Shown here: positions 28,600 through 38,247 of the stretch, piece after piece | Position numbering within the stretch: the stretch's first letter is position 1 | Layout: each line of letters opens with the position of its first letter | DNA from: Candidatus Methylomirabilia bacterium | GTDB lineage: Bacteria; Methylomirabilota; Methylomirabilia; Rokubacteriales; CSP1-6 | DNA: 58,016 nt | NCBI GenBank assembly: GCA_046758965.1 | Contig: JBHIBG010000009.1 | Location: 1-58,016 of the forward strand | Direction: 5' to 3' | Program-made: the position numbers and the translations under genes | The notes under the pieces: model-generated | Database searches by the model: none | The model's input: the letters and a program-made list of their open reading frames with translations, nothing else | What the model was told of the DNA's origin: nothing

Positions 28600-29337
28600 A
28601 TGCGCGGTAGGGATCTTCCGGGACAGTTCGCGACGGCGGCCACCTTGCGCAGCGATGCGTGGTGGCTGGCGCCGTTGCTGACCGTTCTCGCCCTCGGGGC
28701 GTTTGTCGTGTACACGACCTGGGCGGCCCTCCAGGGCGCGCACTACGAGTACAAGAGCTACCTCTCTCCCTTCTACTCGCCGACCTTCAAGCCGTCCTGG
28801 TGGCCGTTCTCCCCTGCCATCTTGATCCTGTGGGCGCCGGGGGGGTTCCGGCTCACGTGTTACTACTACCGCAAAGCCTACTACCGGTCGTTCTGGGGGG
28901 CGCCGCCGGCGTGTGCGGTTCGCGACGCCCGAGCGCGCTATACGGGCGAGACCGGCTTCCCGCTGATCCTCCAAAACGTCCACCGCTACTTCTTCTACGC
29001 GGCTGCAGTGGTCCTGATCTTCCTCTGGTACGACGCGGCGGTGGCCTTCGTCTTTGACGGCCGGTTCGGGGTCGGCCTGGGGTCGCTGATTCTTCTCGCG
29101 AATGTGGTCTTGCTCACGGGCTATAGCCTCTCCTGTCATTCCTGCCGCCACTTGTGCGGCGGGAATCTCGACCGATTTTCGTCCAGCCCTGCCCGGTACC
29201 GGGCCTGGAAGGTCGTCAGCGCTCTGAACGAGCGGCATATGCTCTGGGCCTGGACATCGCTCTTCTCGGTGGCCCTCGCCGATGTCTACGTTCGGCTGCT
29301 CTCCATGGGGGTCCTGAACGACACAAGGTTCTTCTAG
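28600..29337 (+). CDS. Succinate dehydrogenase membrane anchor, mycobacterial Sdh1 (Rv0249c)-like
   Basis: SPFYSP, FRLTCYYYRKAYYRSF, YTGETGFPLILQNVHRY, SCHSCRH; precedes sdhA. Confidence 0.85.
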   Translation: MRGRDLPGQFATAATLRSDAWWLAPLLTVLALGAFVVYTTWAALQGAHYEYKSYLSPFYSPTFKPSWWPFSPAILILWAPGGFRLTCYYYRKAYYRSFWGAPPACAVRDARARYTGETGFPLILQNVHRYFFYAAAVVLIFLWYDAAVAFVFDGRFGVGLGSLILLANVVLLTGYSLSCHSCRHLCGGNLDRFSSSPARYRAWKVVSALNERHMLWAWTSLFSVALADVYVRLLSMGVLNDTRFF

Positions 29338-29363
29338 TGCCGTGATTCGCTGGAGGTTCTCTG

Positions 29364-31166
29364 ATGGCGCTCGATAGCTACGAAACTCACGAACACGAGG
29401 TGATTGTCATCGGTGCCGGCGGCGCGGGCCTTCGGGCGGCGGTCGAGGCCTCGGCCCGGGGGGCAAAGACGGCCCTGATCTGTAAGTCTCTGCTCGGCAA
29501 GGCGCACACGGTGATGGCGGAGGGCGGGATCGCTGCTGCCCTCGGCAATGTCTACCCGGAGGACGACTGGGAAGTCCACTTTCGTGACACGATGCGCGGC
29601 GGCAAGATGCTGAACAACTGGCGCATGGCCCAGCTCCACGCTCAGGAAGCGCCAGCCCGCGTGCTCGAGCTGGAGGCCTGGGGGGCACTCTTTGACCGCA
29701 CCGCCGACGGGCGGATCCTTCAGCGCGACTTCGGCGGCCACCGGTATGCGCGGCTGGCCCACGTGGGCGACCGCACCGGGCTCGAGATGATCCGCACGCT
29801 GCAGCAGCACGCCGTGCACAAGGGGATCGACGTGTTCATGGAGTGCACGGTCACCCGCCTGCTGATGGACAGCGGACGGATTGCCGGCGCCTTCGGCTAC
29901 TGGCGCGAGAGCGGGCGCTTTGTGATCTTCAGATCCAAGGCGGTGGTGCTCGCCACCGGCGGGATCGGCAAGGCTTACAAGATCACCTCGAACTCCTGGG
30001 AGTATACCGGGGATGGTCATGCCCTCGCCTACCGGGCCGGGGCCGACCTGACGGACATGGAGTTCGTTCAGTTCCACCCGACCGGGATGGTCTGGCCCCC
30101 GAGCGTCCGCGGCATCCTCGTCACCGAGGGGGTCCGCGGCGATGGCGGCGTCCTCAAGAACGCGCTTGGCGAGCGGTTCATGTTCAAGTACATCCCGGAG
30201 TTCTTCCGGGCTGAAACCGCCGAGACCGAGGAGGAGGCCGACCGCTGGTACACGGACAAGAAGAACAATCGGCGAACGCCGGACCTCCTGCCCCGGGACG
30301 AGGTCGCGCGTGCGATCAACACCGAGGTCAAGGCGAACCGGGGAAGCGCCCACGGAGGGGTGTTTCTGGACATCGCCAGCCGGCGCGCCGCCGAGTACAT
30401 CAAGCGCCGTCTTCCCAGCATGTACCACCAGTTCAAAGAACTCGCCGACGTGGACATCACCAAGGAGGCGATGGAGGTCGGGCCGACCTGCCACTACATC
30501 ATGGGCGGCGTGCGCGTCGACGCTGAAAGCGCTGCGGCGACAGTCCCGGGGCTCTACGCTGCGGGCGAGGTGGCGGCGGGGCTGCACGGCGCGAATCGGC
30601 TCGGCGGCAACTCGCTCTCCGACCTGCTCGTCTTCGGGCAGCGCGCGGGTCTCCACGCCGCGGAGTATGCCAAGGGCTTCAAAGGGACGCTCACGATCGA
30701 CGCCGGGCAGGTGGAGGCGTTCGCGCGGGAGTGCCTCGAGCCCTTCGAGCGAAGCGGTGGAGAGAATCCCTACGCGCTTCACGCGGACCTCCAGGAGTGC
30801 ATGCACACCCTGGTGGGAATCATCCGGACCGAGGAGGAGCTGAAGAAGGCGCTTGAAGAGATTGCCGCGCTTCGAGAGCGGACCCGCCGGATCAAGATCG
30901 ACGGCAACCGGCAGTTCAATCCGGCCTGGCACCTGGCCCTGGACCTCCGGTCGCTGCTTACCATCTCGGAGGTGATCACGCGCGCGGCGCTTGAGCGGAG
31001 AGAGAGCCGGGGCGGCCACACGCGCGACGATTACCCCAAGCCGGACCCCAATTTCGGGAAGGTCAACGTGGTGGTGCGACGGGTAAGGGACGAGCTCACG
31101 GTCAGCCGGGAGGCGATCCCGGAGATGCCCTCGGAACTGAAAACGCTGCTCGAGGGGGACAGGTAG
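29364..31166 (+). CDS. sdhA: Succinate dehydrogenase/fumarate reductase flavoprotein
   Basis: GAGGAG, KAHTVMAEGG (covalent FAD His), QFHPTG, TEGVRG, HYIMGG, HGANRLGGNSL. Confidence 0.95.
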   Translation: MALDSYETHEHEVIVIGAGGAGLRAAVEASARGAKTALICKSLLGKAHTVMAEGGIAAALGNVYPEDDWEVHFRDTMRGGKMLNNWRMAQLHAQEAPARVLELEAWGALFDRTADGRILQRDFGGHRYARLAHVGDRTGLEMIRTLQQHAVHKGIDVFMECTVTRLLMDSGRIAGAFGYWRESGRFVIFRSKAVVLATGGIGKAYKITSNSWEYTGDGHALAYRAGADLTDMEFVQFHPTGMVWPPSVRGILVTEGVRGDGGVLKNALGERFMFKYIPEFFRAETAETEEEADRWYTDKKNNRRTPDLLPRDEVARAINTEVKANRGSAHGGVFLDIASRRAAEYIKRRLPSMYHQFKELADVDITKEAMEVGPTCHYIMGGVRVDAESAAATVPGLYAAGEVAAGLHGANRLGGNSLSDLLVFGQRAGLHAAEYAKGFKGTLTIDAGQVEAFARECLEPFERSGGENPYALHADLQECMHTLVGIIRTEEELKKALEEIAALRERTRRIKIDGNRQFNPAWHLALDLRSLLTISEVITRAALERRESRGGHTRDDYPKPDPNFGKVNVVVRRVRDELTVSREAIPEMPSELKTLLEGDR

Positions 31167-31913
31167 ATGGCCGAGGCGCTGGTGCGGGTCTGGCGCGGCA
31201 ACGCCGCAGGTGGCGCCTTCAAGGAGTACCGCGTCCCCACCGACGAGGGGATGGTACTCCTCGACGTGATCCACAGGATCCAGGCCACCCAGGCCCATGA
31301 CCTCGCGGTCCGCTGGAACTGCAAGGCCGGTAAGTGCGGCTCGTGCAGCGCGGAGGTGAACGGCCGACCCCGGCTCATGTGCATGACGCGGATGAGCCTC
31401 TTCCCTGAGGCCAGGCCCATCACGGTGGCACCCATGAAGACCTTCCCGGTGATCCGGGACCTGGTGACCGACGTCTCGTTTAACTACGAGGTGGCCAAGA
31501 CCATCCCCCCCTTCAGGCCACCCCCGCCCGAGCCCGACGGGACTTACCGGATGATGCAGGAAGAGATCGACCGGGTGCAGGAATTCCACAAGTGCATCGA
31601 GTGCTTCCTCTGCCAGAATACCTGCCATGTCATCCGTGACCACGAGGCGAACAAGCCCCACTTTGCCGGACCGCGCGCCTTCGTCCGGATCGCGGCGCTC
31701 GAGATGCACCCGCTGGACACCCACTCGCGCGCCCAGCTCCTGAGGGCGAAGGCGGGGCTCGGCTTCTGCAACATCACGAAGTGCTGCACCGAGGTCTGCC
31801 CGGAGGGGATCAAGATCACCGACAACGCCATCATCCCGCTCAAGGAGCGTCTGGTCACCGAGTACTACGATCCGCTCCTCTGGGTTTTGCGAAAGCTGAC
31901 CGGCAGTCGGTGA
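31167..31913 (+). CDS. sdhB: Succinate dehydrogenase iron-sulfur subunit
   Basis: NCKAGKCGSC, CIECFLC, CNITKCCTEVCP. Confidence 0.95.
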   Translation: MAEALVRVWRGNAAGGAFKEYRVPTDEGMVLLDVIHRIQATQAHDLAVRWNCKAGKCGSCSAEVNGRPRLMCMTRMSLFPEARPITVAPMKTFPVIRDLVTDVSFNYEVAKTIPPFRPPPPEPDGTYRMMQEEIDRVQEFHKCIECFLCQNTCHVIRDHEANKPHFAGPRAFVRIAALEMHPLDTHSRAQLLRAKAGLGFCNITKCCTEVCPEGIKITDNAIIPLKERLVTEYYDPLLWVLRKLTGSR

Positions 31914-32242
31914 GTCCCGGCTAGTGGGCCATCACGCCAACTATCGAGCGCGTGGTGGGTGCGCTGTTTGCAAGAAGCCGGGGTTAGAGACTCAAGGCTG
32001 CGCTGAGGTGTGTGTCTCCAACCCGCACCGTCCGCCGGAGTTCCTCTCTGTGCCATATAGGCGACGCGACCGGGAGTGCGCGGGCGACATCCCGGGGCGG
32101 CAGGGGATGGTGGCGGTGGCGTTGCGGCGATGATCCGTGTCTCGTCCAACATGTTGCACAATTCGAGGTGGTGCTCACCGTTGACGCGCCAGTAGTCTTC
32201 GTCTACCCTAGGCGCATCTCGGCCAAGGGCCTCTTATGGTAC

Positions 32243-32370
32243 GCCGACCTCAAGGGGCTCAAAATGCGCGCAGTGGGGATGAATGCCCAGATCCTCCATG
32301 AGGCCGGTGCGTCCGTCGTCAGCATGCCCGGGGGGGGAGGTCCTCCCGGCGGCGGAGAGAGGGGTCATCG
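32243..32370 (+). pseudogene. Remnant of a TRAP transporter solute-binding protein (DctP family) gene
   Basis: ADLKGLKMRAVGMNAQILHEAGASVVSMPGG; removing one G from the G8 run (32330-37) continues as EVLPAAERGVI, the DctP consensus region. Confidence 0.7.
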
Positions 32371-32514
32371 TCCGCCAGGTGCGCGGCTGGCCCGCAAGGC
32401 GCTCTTGCGTTGGGTCGAAGGCAAGCCGGGCTACCGTCTGAACTGCGGTCAACTCCTACGACCCGACGCAGTTTCTACGACAACTGCTATCAACGATAAG
32501 CGAGCGGAGACCTT

Positions 32515-32910
32515 ATGGGAAATCTGGTTATTGGGATGAGTGACACGATTGAACTGGCCGTGACCCCGGAGATGACGGCCGATGCCTACGGCAACCCCGG
32601 TGTCCGCGTGCTGGCCTCACCAAAGCTTCTCGCGCTCTTCGAGGCGGCTGCGATCAGGGCGATGACCCCAGGCCTCGACCAAGGTGAGGGGAGCGTCGGC
32701 ATCACCTTTTCTTTCCAGCACCTTGCCCCGACGCCCGTTGGGATGCGCGTGAGAGTGACCGCTACGCTCACCCGGACCGACGGCAAGCGTGCCACGTTCC
32801 GCCTGGAGGCCTCGGACGAAAAAGAGCCGATCGCCGAGGGCGAGCATCAACGAGCCGTCGTGGACATGGGGCGTTTCCTGTCGCGCATCGCAAAGAAGGC
32901 CGGAGCGTAA
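32515..32910 (+). CDS. FlK-like hotdog thioesterase
   Basis: VLASPKLLALFE, SVG, HLAPTPVG, GEHQRAVV. Confidence 0.85.
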   Translation: MGNLVIGMSDTIELAVTPEMTADAYGNPGVRVLASPKLLALFEAAAIRAMTPGLDQGEGSVGITFSFQHLAPTPVGMRVRVTATLTRTDGKRATFRLEASDEKEPIAEGEHQRAVVDMGRFLSRIAKKAGA

Positions 32911-32917
32911 CAATCCC

Positions 32918-34558
32918 ATGAGCCAACCCTACCAGATCGGAGACTACGCGCAGACCTGCCGTGACTTCCGGCTCGAGGTGCCGGAGCGGTTCAACTGGGC
33001 GTATCAAGTCTTCGACCGCTGGGGTCAGGACCGGGAGAAGCCCGCGATGCTCTGGGTGGGAGCCGATGGCCGGCCGCGTGAGGTCACGTTCAGGGAGCTG
33101 GGGGAGCGCTCGAGGCGTCTCGCCAGCGCCCTCGTCGGGCTCGGCGCAAGGCCGGGTGACCGCGTCTTCATCATGCTGCCGCGTCTGGTGGAATGGTGGG
33201 AGCTGATCCTCGGATGCATTCGGGGGCGACTCGTATCCGTGCCCGGGACAACGCTCCTCACGCCGAAAGACATCGCCTACCGGATCAACACGTCAGGTGC
33301 GACGGTCGTCGTCACCGATCCCGAGAACGTCGAGAAGGTCGAGGCCGTGAGGAACGAATGTCCGAGCCTCCGGAGTCTCGTAGTGGTCGGGGCTGCAGCC
33401 GGATGGCGGCGGTACGAGGATCTGGTCCGGGAGGCCTCGCCCGACCTGCCCCATCCCCGAAACCTCTCGAGCGACCCTCTGATGATCTACTTCACGTCGG
33501 GGACAACCGGGAATCCGAAGATGGTGCTCCACAGTCACGCCTCCTACCCGATCGGCCATGTGATCACGGGAAAATTCTGGCTCGACAACCGCCCGACGGA
33601 TCTCCACTGGACCATGTCCGACACGGGGTGGGCCCAGGCCGCCTGGACCGCCTTCTTCGCCCCGTGGAACATGGGGGCAACGCTCTTCGTCTGGGACCAC
33701 CGGGGGCGCTTCGACCCGGAAGGGACGATGGGAATGCTGGAAACATACCCGATCACGACGTTCTTCGCTCCCCCTACGGCGTACCGCATGCTCGTTCTGG
33801 AAGACCTCAAGCGGTACCGGCCCAAGGCCCTCCGGCTCTGCCTGGGCGCCGGAGAGCCGGTGAACCCCGAGGTCATCGACGCGTGGCGCGAGGGGACGGG
33901 CCATCATATCTGGGAGGGGTACGGACAGACCGAAACCGTCCTCTGTGTCGCCACGTTCCCCGGGATGCGGTACAAGCCTGGTTCGATGGGCGTCGTGGCG
34001 CCCGGCCATCAGATGGCTGTCGTGGACGACCGAGGGACACTGCTGCCGGCGGGCGAGGAGGGAGAGGTGGCTATCCGGATCCGGCCCGAGCGCCCGGTCG
34101 GGCTCTTCGCGGAGTACTGGCAGAACCCGGAGGCGAACGCCAAGTGCTTTCGGGGGGAGTGGTACTACACGGGTGATCGAGCCACCCAGGATGAGGATGG
34201 GTATTTCTGGTTTGTCGGCCGCGCCGACGACGTGATCATCAGCGCGTCGTACCGTATCGGCCCCTTCGAGGTGGAGTCGGCGCTCATTGAGCATCCGGTC
34301 GTCGCCGAGGCCGCGGTGGTGGCGAGCCCCGACGAGATGCGGGGAGAGATCATCAAGGCCTTCGTGGTTCTGGCCCCGGGGCACCGTGCCTCGGACGCCC
34401 TCGTCGAGGAGTTGCAGGAGCATGTCCGGCGGGTCACGGCCCCGTACAAGTACCCGCGCGAGGTCGAGTTCGTCGAGGATCTTCCGAAAACCATCAGCGG
34501 CAAGATCCGGCGCACGGAGCTCCGGCAGCTTGAGCTTGAGCGGAAGGGCCGGACCTAG
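32918..34558 (+). CDS. Medium-chain acyl-CoA synthetase (ACSM-like)
   Basis: YFTSGTTGNPK, GYGQTET, YTGD, GRADD, PKTISGKI; ATG 32918. Confidence 0.92.
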   Translation: MSQPYQIGDYAQTCRDFRLEVPERFNWAYQVFDRWGQDREKPAMLWVGADGRPREVTFRELGERSRRLASALVGLGARPGDRVFIMLPRLVEWWELILGCIRGRLVSVPGTTLLTPKDIAYRINTSGATVVVTDPENVEKVEAVRNECPSLRSLVVVGAAAGWRRYEDLVREASPDLPHPRNLSSDPLMIYFTSGTTGNPKMVLHSHASYPIGHVITGKFWLDNRPTDLHWTMSDTGWAQAAWTAFFAPWNMGATLFVWDHRGRFDPEGTMGMLETYPITTFFAPPTAYRMLVLEDLKRYRPKALRLCLGAGEPVNPEVIDAWREGTGHHIWEGYGQTETVLCVATFPGMRYKPGSMGVVAPGHQMAVVDDRGTLLPAGEEGEVAIRIRPERPVGLFAEYWQNPEANAKCFRGEWYYTGDRATQDEDGYFWFVGRADDVIISASYRIGPFEVESALIEHPVVAEAAVVASPDEMRGEIIKAFVVLAPGHRASDALVEELQEHVRRVTAPYKYPREVEFVEDLPKTISGKIRRTELRQLELERKGRT

Positions 34559-34572
34559 GAGAGACGATACGC

Positions 34573-35724
34573 ATGAGGGCGGGGGCGCTCTTTACGGAGG
34601 AGCACGAGCTCTTCCGAAAGTCTGTCCGGAGCTTCGTCGAGCGCGAGGTGGTCCCCCGTGTCGATGAGTGGGAAGCTCGCGCGGAAATCCCGCGGCTCCT
34701 GTTCCGCTCCATGGGCGAGCTGGGCTTCCTCGGTGTCGAGTTCCCGCCCGAGTACGGGGGCGCCGGCGCTGACTTCGGGATGTCGGTGGTCCTCGCCGAG
34801 GAGCTGGCGCGGTGTCGCTCCGGTGGGGTGGCCTTCAGCGTGATCGTCCACACCGACATGTCCTCCCCGTGGCTCGTCCGCTTCGGCACGGACGAGCAGA
34901 AGGCCCGCTATCTCCCGGCCATCGCGCGGGGGGAGAAGGTGTGCGCGCTGGCCATCACCGAGCCGGGGGCGGGGTCGGACATGGCGGCGCTGGCTACCCG
35001 AGCGCGCCGGGACGGTGACGACTGGGTGATCACCGGCAACAAGACCTTCATCACGAACGGTGTGTACGGGGACCTCTACTTCGTAGCGGCCCGGACTCGG
35101 GAGGACGGTCCCCGACACGGCCAACTTTCCCAGTTCCTGGTCGAGCGCGGGACTCGGGGGCTGACGGTCAGCGGGAAGCTCGAGAAGACGGGGATGTGGG
35201 CCTCTGACACCGCTGAACTCTCGCTTGATCAGGTGCAGGTTCCCGCCGAGAACCTCCTGGGCGAGGAAGGGCGCGGCTTCTACCAGCTCGCGGCGGGTCT
35301 CCAGCGCGAGCGGCTGATGGCGGCCGTGCTCTGCGTCTCAGGCGCCCAACAGGCCCTCGAGGACTGCCAGGCTTTCCTGCGCCAGCGCCAGGCCTTCGGG
35401 CGCCCCCTGGCCGAGCTCCAGGCGCTTCGCCATCGAATGGCGGACATGGCGACTCAGATCGAGGGGGCGCGGCGGCTGACCTATCATGCGGCGGAGCGCT
35501 TCGCCGCGGCCGAGGATTGCGTGACTGAGGTGTCGATGGCCAAGCTCTTCGCGACCGAGATGGCCAATCGGGTCGCCTATGAGGCTGTCCAGCTGCATGG
35601 GGGCTACGGGTATATGCGCGAGTTCCATGTGGAGCGCTTCGCGCGTGACTATCGCGTCTGGACCATCGCCTCGGGCTCCTCGGAGATCATGCGCGAAATC
35701 ATCGCCAAACGCCTCCCGGTGTAG
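34573..35724 (+). CDS. Acyl-CoA dehydrogenase
   Basis: AITEPGAGSD, GNKTFITNG, RQAFG, QLHGGYGY. Confidence 0.93.
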   Translation: MRAGALFTEEHELFRKSVRSFVEREVVPRVDEWEARAEIPRLLFRSMGELGFLGVEFPPEYGGAGADFGMSVVLAEELARCRSGGVAFSVIVHTDMSSPWLVRFGTDEQKARYLPAIARGEKVCALAITEPGAGSDMAALATRARRDGDDWVITGNKTFITNGVYGDLYFVAARTREDGPRHGQLSQFLVERGTRGLTVSGKLEKTGMWASDTAELSLDQVQVPAENLLGEEGRGFYQLAAGLQRERLMAAVLCVSGAQQALEDCQAFLRQRQAFGRPLAELQALRHRMADMATQIEGARRLTYHAAERFAAAEDCVTEVSMAKLFATEMANRVAYEAVQLHGGYGYMREFHVERFARDYRVWTIASGSSEIMREIIAKRLPV

Positions 35725-35776
35725 GACGGTCAAGTTGCTCGCCGTCTGACCCTCCTGCCCAAAAAGGAGACCGGAC

Positions 35777-36814
35777 ATGCAGCCAAAGTTGCGGGTTCTC
35801 TACACCCACGTCATGGGAAGCCACGGCTTCCCGGGATGGTTCTGGACGGCGCTGGACAAGATCAAGGCCGGCGAGTACGGCCAGACCGACATCAGGGAGA
35901 CCTACGACGACGCCACCCAGCTCGCCATCCGGGACCAGGAGCGGGCGGGGGTCGACGTGATCTGCGATGGGGAGATGCGGCGGTTCTTCTTTGTGCAGAC
36001 CTTCTACGACAAGATGGCGGGCTTGGAGTCGCTGCCCCCGCTCAGGACGACGGGGCTGTACGCCTATGACAGTCCGCCTCGCTACCGCCCGGTCGAGCGC
36101 GTCAAGGCGCCGCAGGGCCTCGACGTCGTTGAGGAGTTCAAGTACCTCAAGACCCAGACGGACAAGCCGGTGAAGGCGACCATCCCCGGGCCGGTGACCC
36201 TCTCAATCCACGTTCAGCTCCGCCCGGGTGATGTGTATAACGGGGACCGTCTGGCGCTCTGCTGGGACCTCGTCCCGGTGGTGAACCGAGAGCTCAAGGC
36301 GCTCATCGAGGCGGGGGCGGATTATGTCCAGATCGACGAGCCGTCGGCGGCCATCGTCTCCGGCAATATCCAGGAGTACGTGAAGATGTTCAACGCGTGT
36401 GTCGAGGGCGTGAAGGCCAAGGTGGCCTACCACATCTGCTTTGGCAACCTGCTCTCACGCCCGCGCGGGAAACGGAGTTACCGACCGCTGTTCCCTGCCT
36501 TACTCGACGCTCGCTGCGACCAGTTCGTGTTGGAGTACGCCAACCGCGAGATGGCGGAGATCGAGCTGTGGAAGGAGATCGGGGTTGACCGCGAAGTCGC
36601 CTGCGGCGTGGTGGACGTCAAATCCTTCTACATGGAGACGCCGGAAGATATTGCGGAGCGGCTCCGACTGTGCGCCAAGTATATCCCCGTTGAGAAGCTC
36701 TCCGCCATCCCCGACTGCGGGTTTTTCCCCGTCCCCCGGTGGCTCGCGGCGGAAAAGCTCAAGCGCTTGGTTGCCGGGGCAAGACTCGCGCGGAAGGAGC
36801 TCGGGATCGAATGA
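35777..36814 (+). CDS. Cobalamin-independent methionine synthase catalytic-domain-only ('core' MetE-like) protein
   Basis: DGEMRR, QIDEP, HICFGN, LEYAN, PDCG Zn ligands; lacks the N-terminal folate barrel. Confidence 0.85.
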   Translation: MQPKLRVLYTHVMGSHGFPGWFWTALDKIKAGEYGQTDIRETYDDATQLAIRDQERAGVDVICDGEMRRFFFVQTFYDKMAGLESLPPLRTTGLYAYDSPPRYRPVERVKAPQGLDVVEEFKYLKTQTDKPVKATIPGPVTLSIHVQLRPGDVYNGDRLALCWDLVPVVNRELKALIEAGADYVQIDEPSAAIVSGNIQEYVKMFNACVEGVKAKVAYHICFGNLLSRPRGKRSYRPLFPALLDARCDQFVLEYANREMAEIELWKEIGVDREVACGVVDVKSFYMETPEDIAERLRLCAKYIPVEKLSAIPDCGFFPVPRWLAAEKLKRLVAGARLARKELGIE

Positions 36815-36974
36815 GCGGAGCAGGACATCCTTCGCCCTAGAAGTCCGAACTGGGTCAAGGATCTCCGGGGGCCACGGGGGGATCGAGGAACCCGACCTCG
36901 AGGAGCGCCCGATGCAATCGTCCGGGCCGCCCGGTCGCTCTCGGAATGACTAGCCGCTGCCGGTCCGCCGAGTA

Positions 36975-38099
36975 ATGAGAATGCCTGATATCCCTCCTGG
37001 CCTTCGCGACACTCCCCAAGGCGCCCAGCTCCGCCGGATCCTCGGGGAGCTGACGGAGAGGCTCCTCCCCACCCTCCTCTCCCGCGCCCCCGAGGAGGCT
37101 GCCGGAGCCCTTCTCGACCGGGCGCGGCGTGAGGCTTCACCCCTTCGGTTTGCGGCGGTGGTCCTGGCCCTCGGGGCCCGAGCGGTAGACCCGACCACCC
37201 GACCCGAGGCCTTGGCCGCCGCCCGCGCAATCAGCGCGCCCGGCGAGCGCCCGGGAGCCGAGTCGCCGATCCAGAGCGCCCGGCTCGCGCCCCGCCAGAC
37301 CGGCCTTGACGAAGAGATCTTTCTGCTCGACCTGCCTCAGGTCCGGCTGCCGACCCGGATCGGCCGCGTCGCGCTCGAGGGGCTCAAGCGCTACTTCGCC
37401 ACCCTTCACCAGCCCCGACCCGCCCAGCGGGCCATTGATGTCGGGACGGGGAGCGGCGTGTTGGCGATCGTCGCGGCGAAGCAGCTGCGCCGGCTGGGTG
37501 GCCTCGACCGCGTGTGGGGGGTTGACGTCAATCCCTGGGCGGTGCTCCTGGCTCGGGCCAACGCCGCTCTCAACGGGGAGAGCGAGCGCATAGACTTCCT
37601 GGAGAGCGACGGCCTGGCCGCGCTCTGCCAGCAAGGGATCGAGGGGAGCGTAGACCTGATCCTGTCCAACCCGCCGATGACCGTCGGCCTTCCCGGCCAG
37701 CCCCTGACGGTTGAGGATCGCTTTAACGTGGTCGAGCACCCCGTGGAGTTCATCAAGAGGGAGCTCATCGAGAAGGGGTTCCGCCTCCTCCGTCCCCCTT
37801 CCGGCCACCTTCTCTTCCATATCTCCGGCCGGTTCCCCGAAGCCCTTCAGAACCTCTCCTCCATCCCGGGTTTCGGGCAGAAGAAGGCGGTTCTCCAGGG
37901 CCTGACCGAACTCGATCCCTACGTGGACCTCCGCGGCCTGGTCTACCGGGAACTCATTCAGGATCGGCCGTTCATCTTCCTCAAGGGCTACCCGGTCGAG
38001 ATTCAACGGGTCACGGCGACGGAGGCCCACATCCTGCGGAAACAGGGCGGGCGGCTCTACCAGCAGAGCTACGTGTGGGTGTACGGCTTTCAGCCGTGA
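36975..38099 (+). CDS. Class I SAM-dependent methyltransferase, resembling the methionine S-methyltransferase (MMT/MmtN) domain
   Basis: DVGTGSG, GVDVNPWAV, ESD, SNPP; flanking segments resemble MMT (see findings). Confidence 0.75.
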   Translation: MRMPDIPPGLRDTPQGAQLRRILGELTERLLPTLLSRAPEEAAGALLDRARREASPLRFAAVVLALGARAVDPTTRPEALAAARAISAPGERPGAESPIQSARLAPRQTGLDEEIFLLDLPQVRLPTRIGRVALEGLKRYFATLHQPRPAQRAIDVGTGSGVLAIVAAKQLRRLGGLDRVWGVDVNPWAVLLARANAALNGESERIDFLESDGLAALCQQGIEGSVDLILSNPPMTVGLPGQPLTVEDRFNVVEHPVEFIKRELIEKGFRLLRPPSGHLLFHISGRFPEALQNLSSIPGFGQKKAVLQGLTELDPYVDLRGLVYRELIQDRPFIFLKGYPVEIQRVTATEAHILRKQGGRLYQQSYVWVYGFQP

Positions 38100-38247
38100 G
38101 GGCCCATCAGTGATTGTTCCATTGCCGATCGGAGCCGGACCCTTGATTCTCGGTTTCTTGAGGTGATAGGTTCTCTACGGTATTTTCGCGGCGTGAGAGC
38201 CGACGCGAGGGAATCATGGCGAAGGTAGAGGACGAGATCGGGCCCGA

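Noticed and set aside
31921..32195. Possible MITE ends CTAGTGGGCCATCA / TGACGCGCCAGTAG
   Set aside because: Only a 10/14 inverted match that does not extend
32330..32337. G8 tract as a phase-variation switch
   Set aside because: The surrounding dctP sequence is only a ~40-codon fragment, so neither phase restores a gene
36815..36974. Possible SAM riboswitch between the MetE-like and methyltransferase genes
   Set aside because: No SAM-I/II/SAH core motifs recognised
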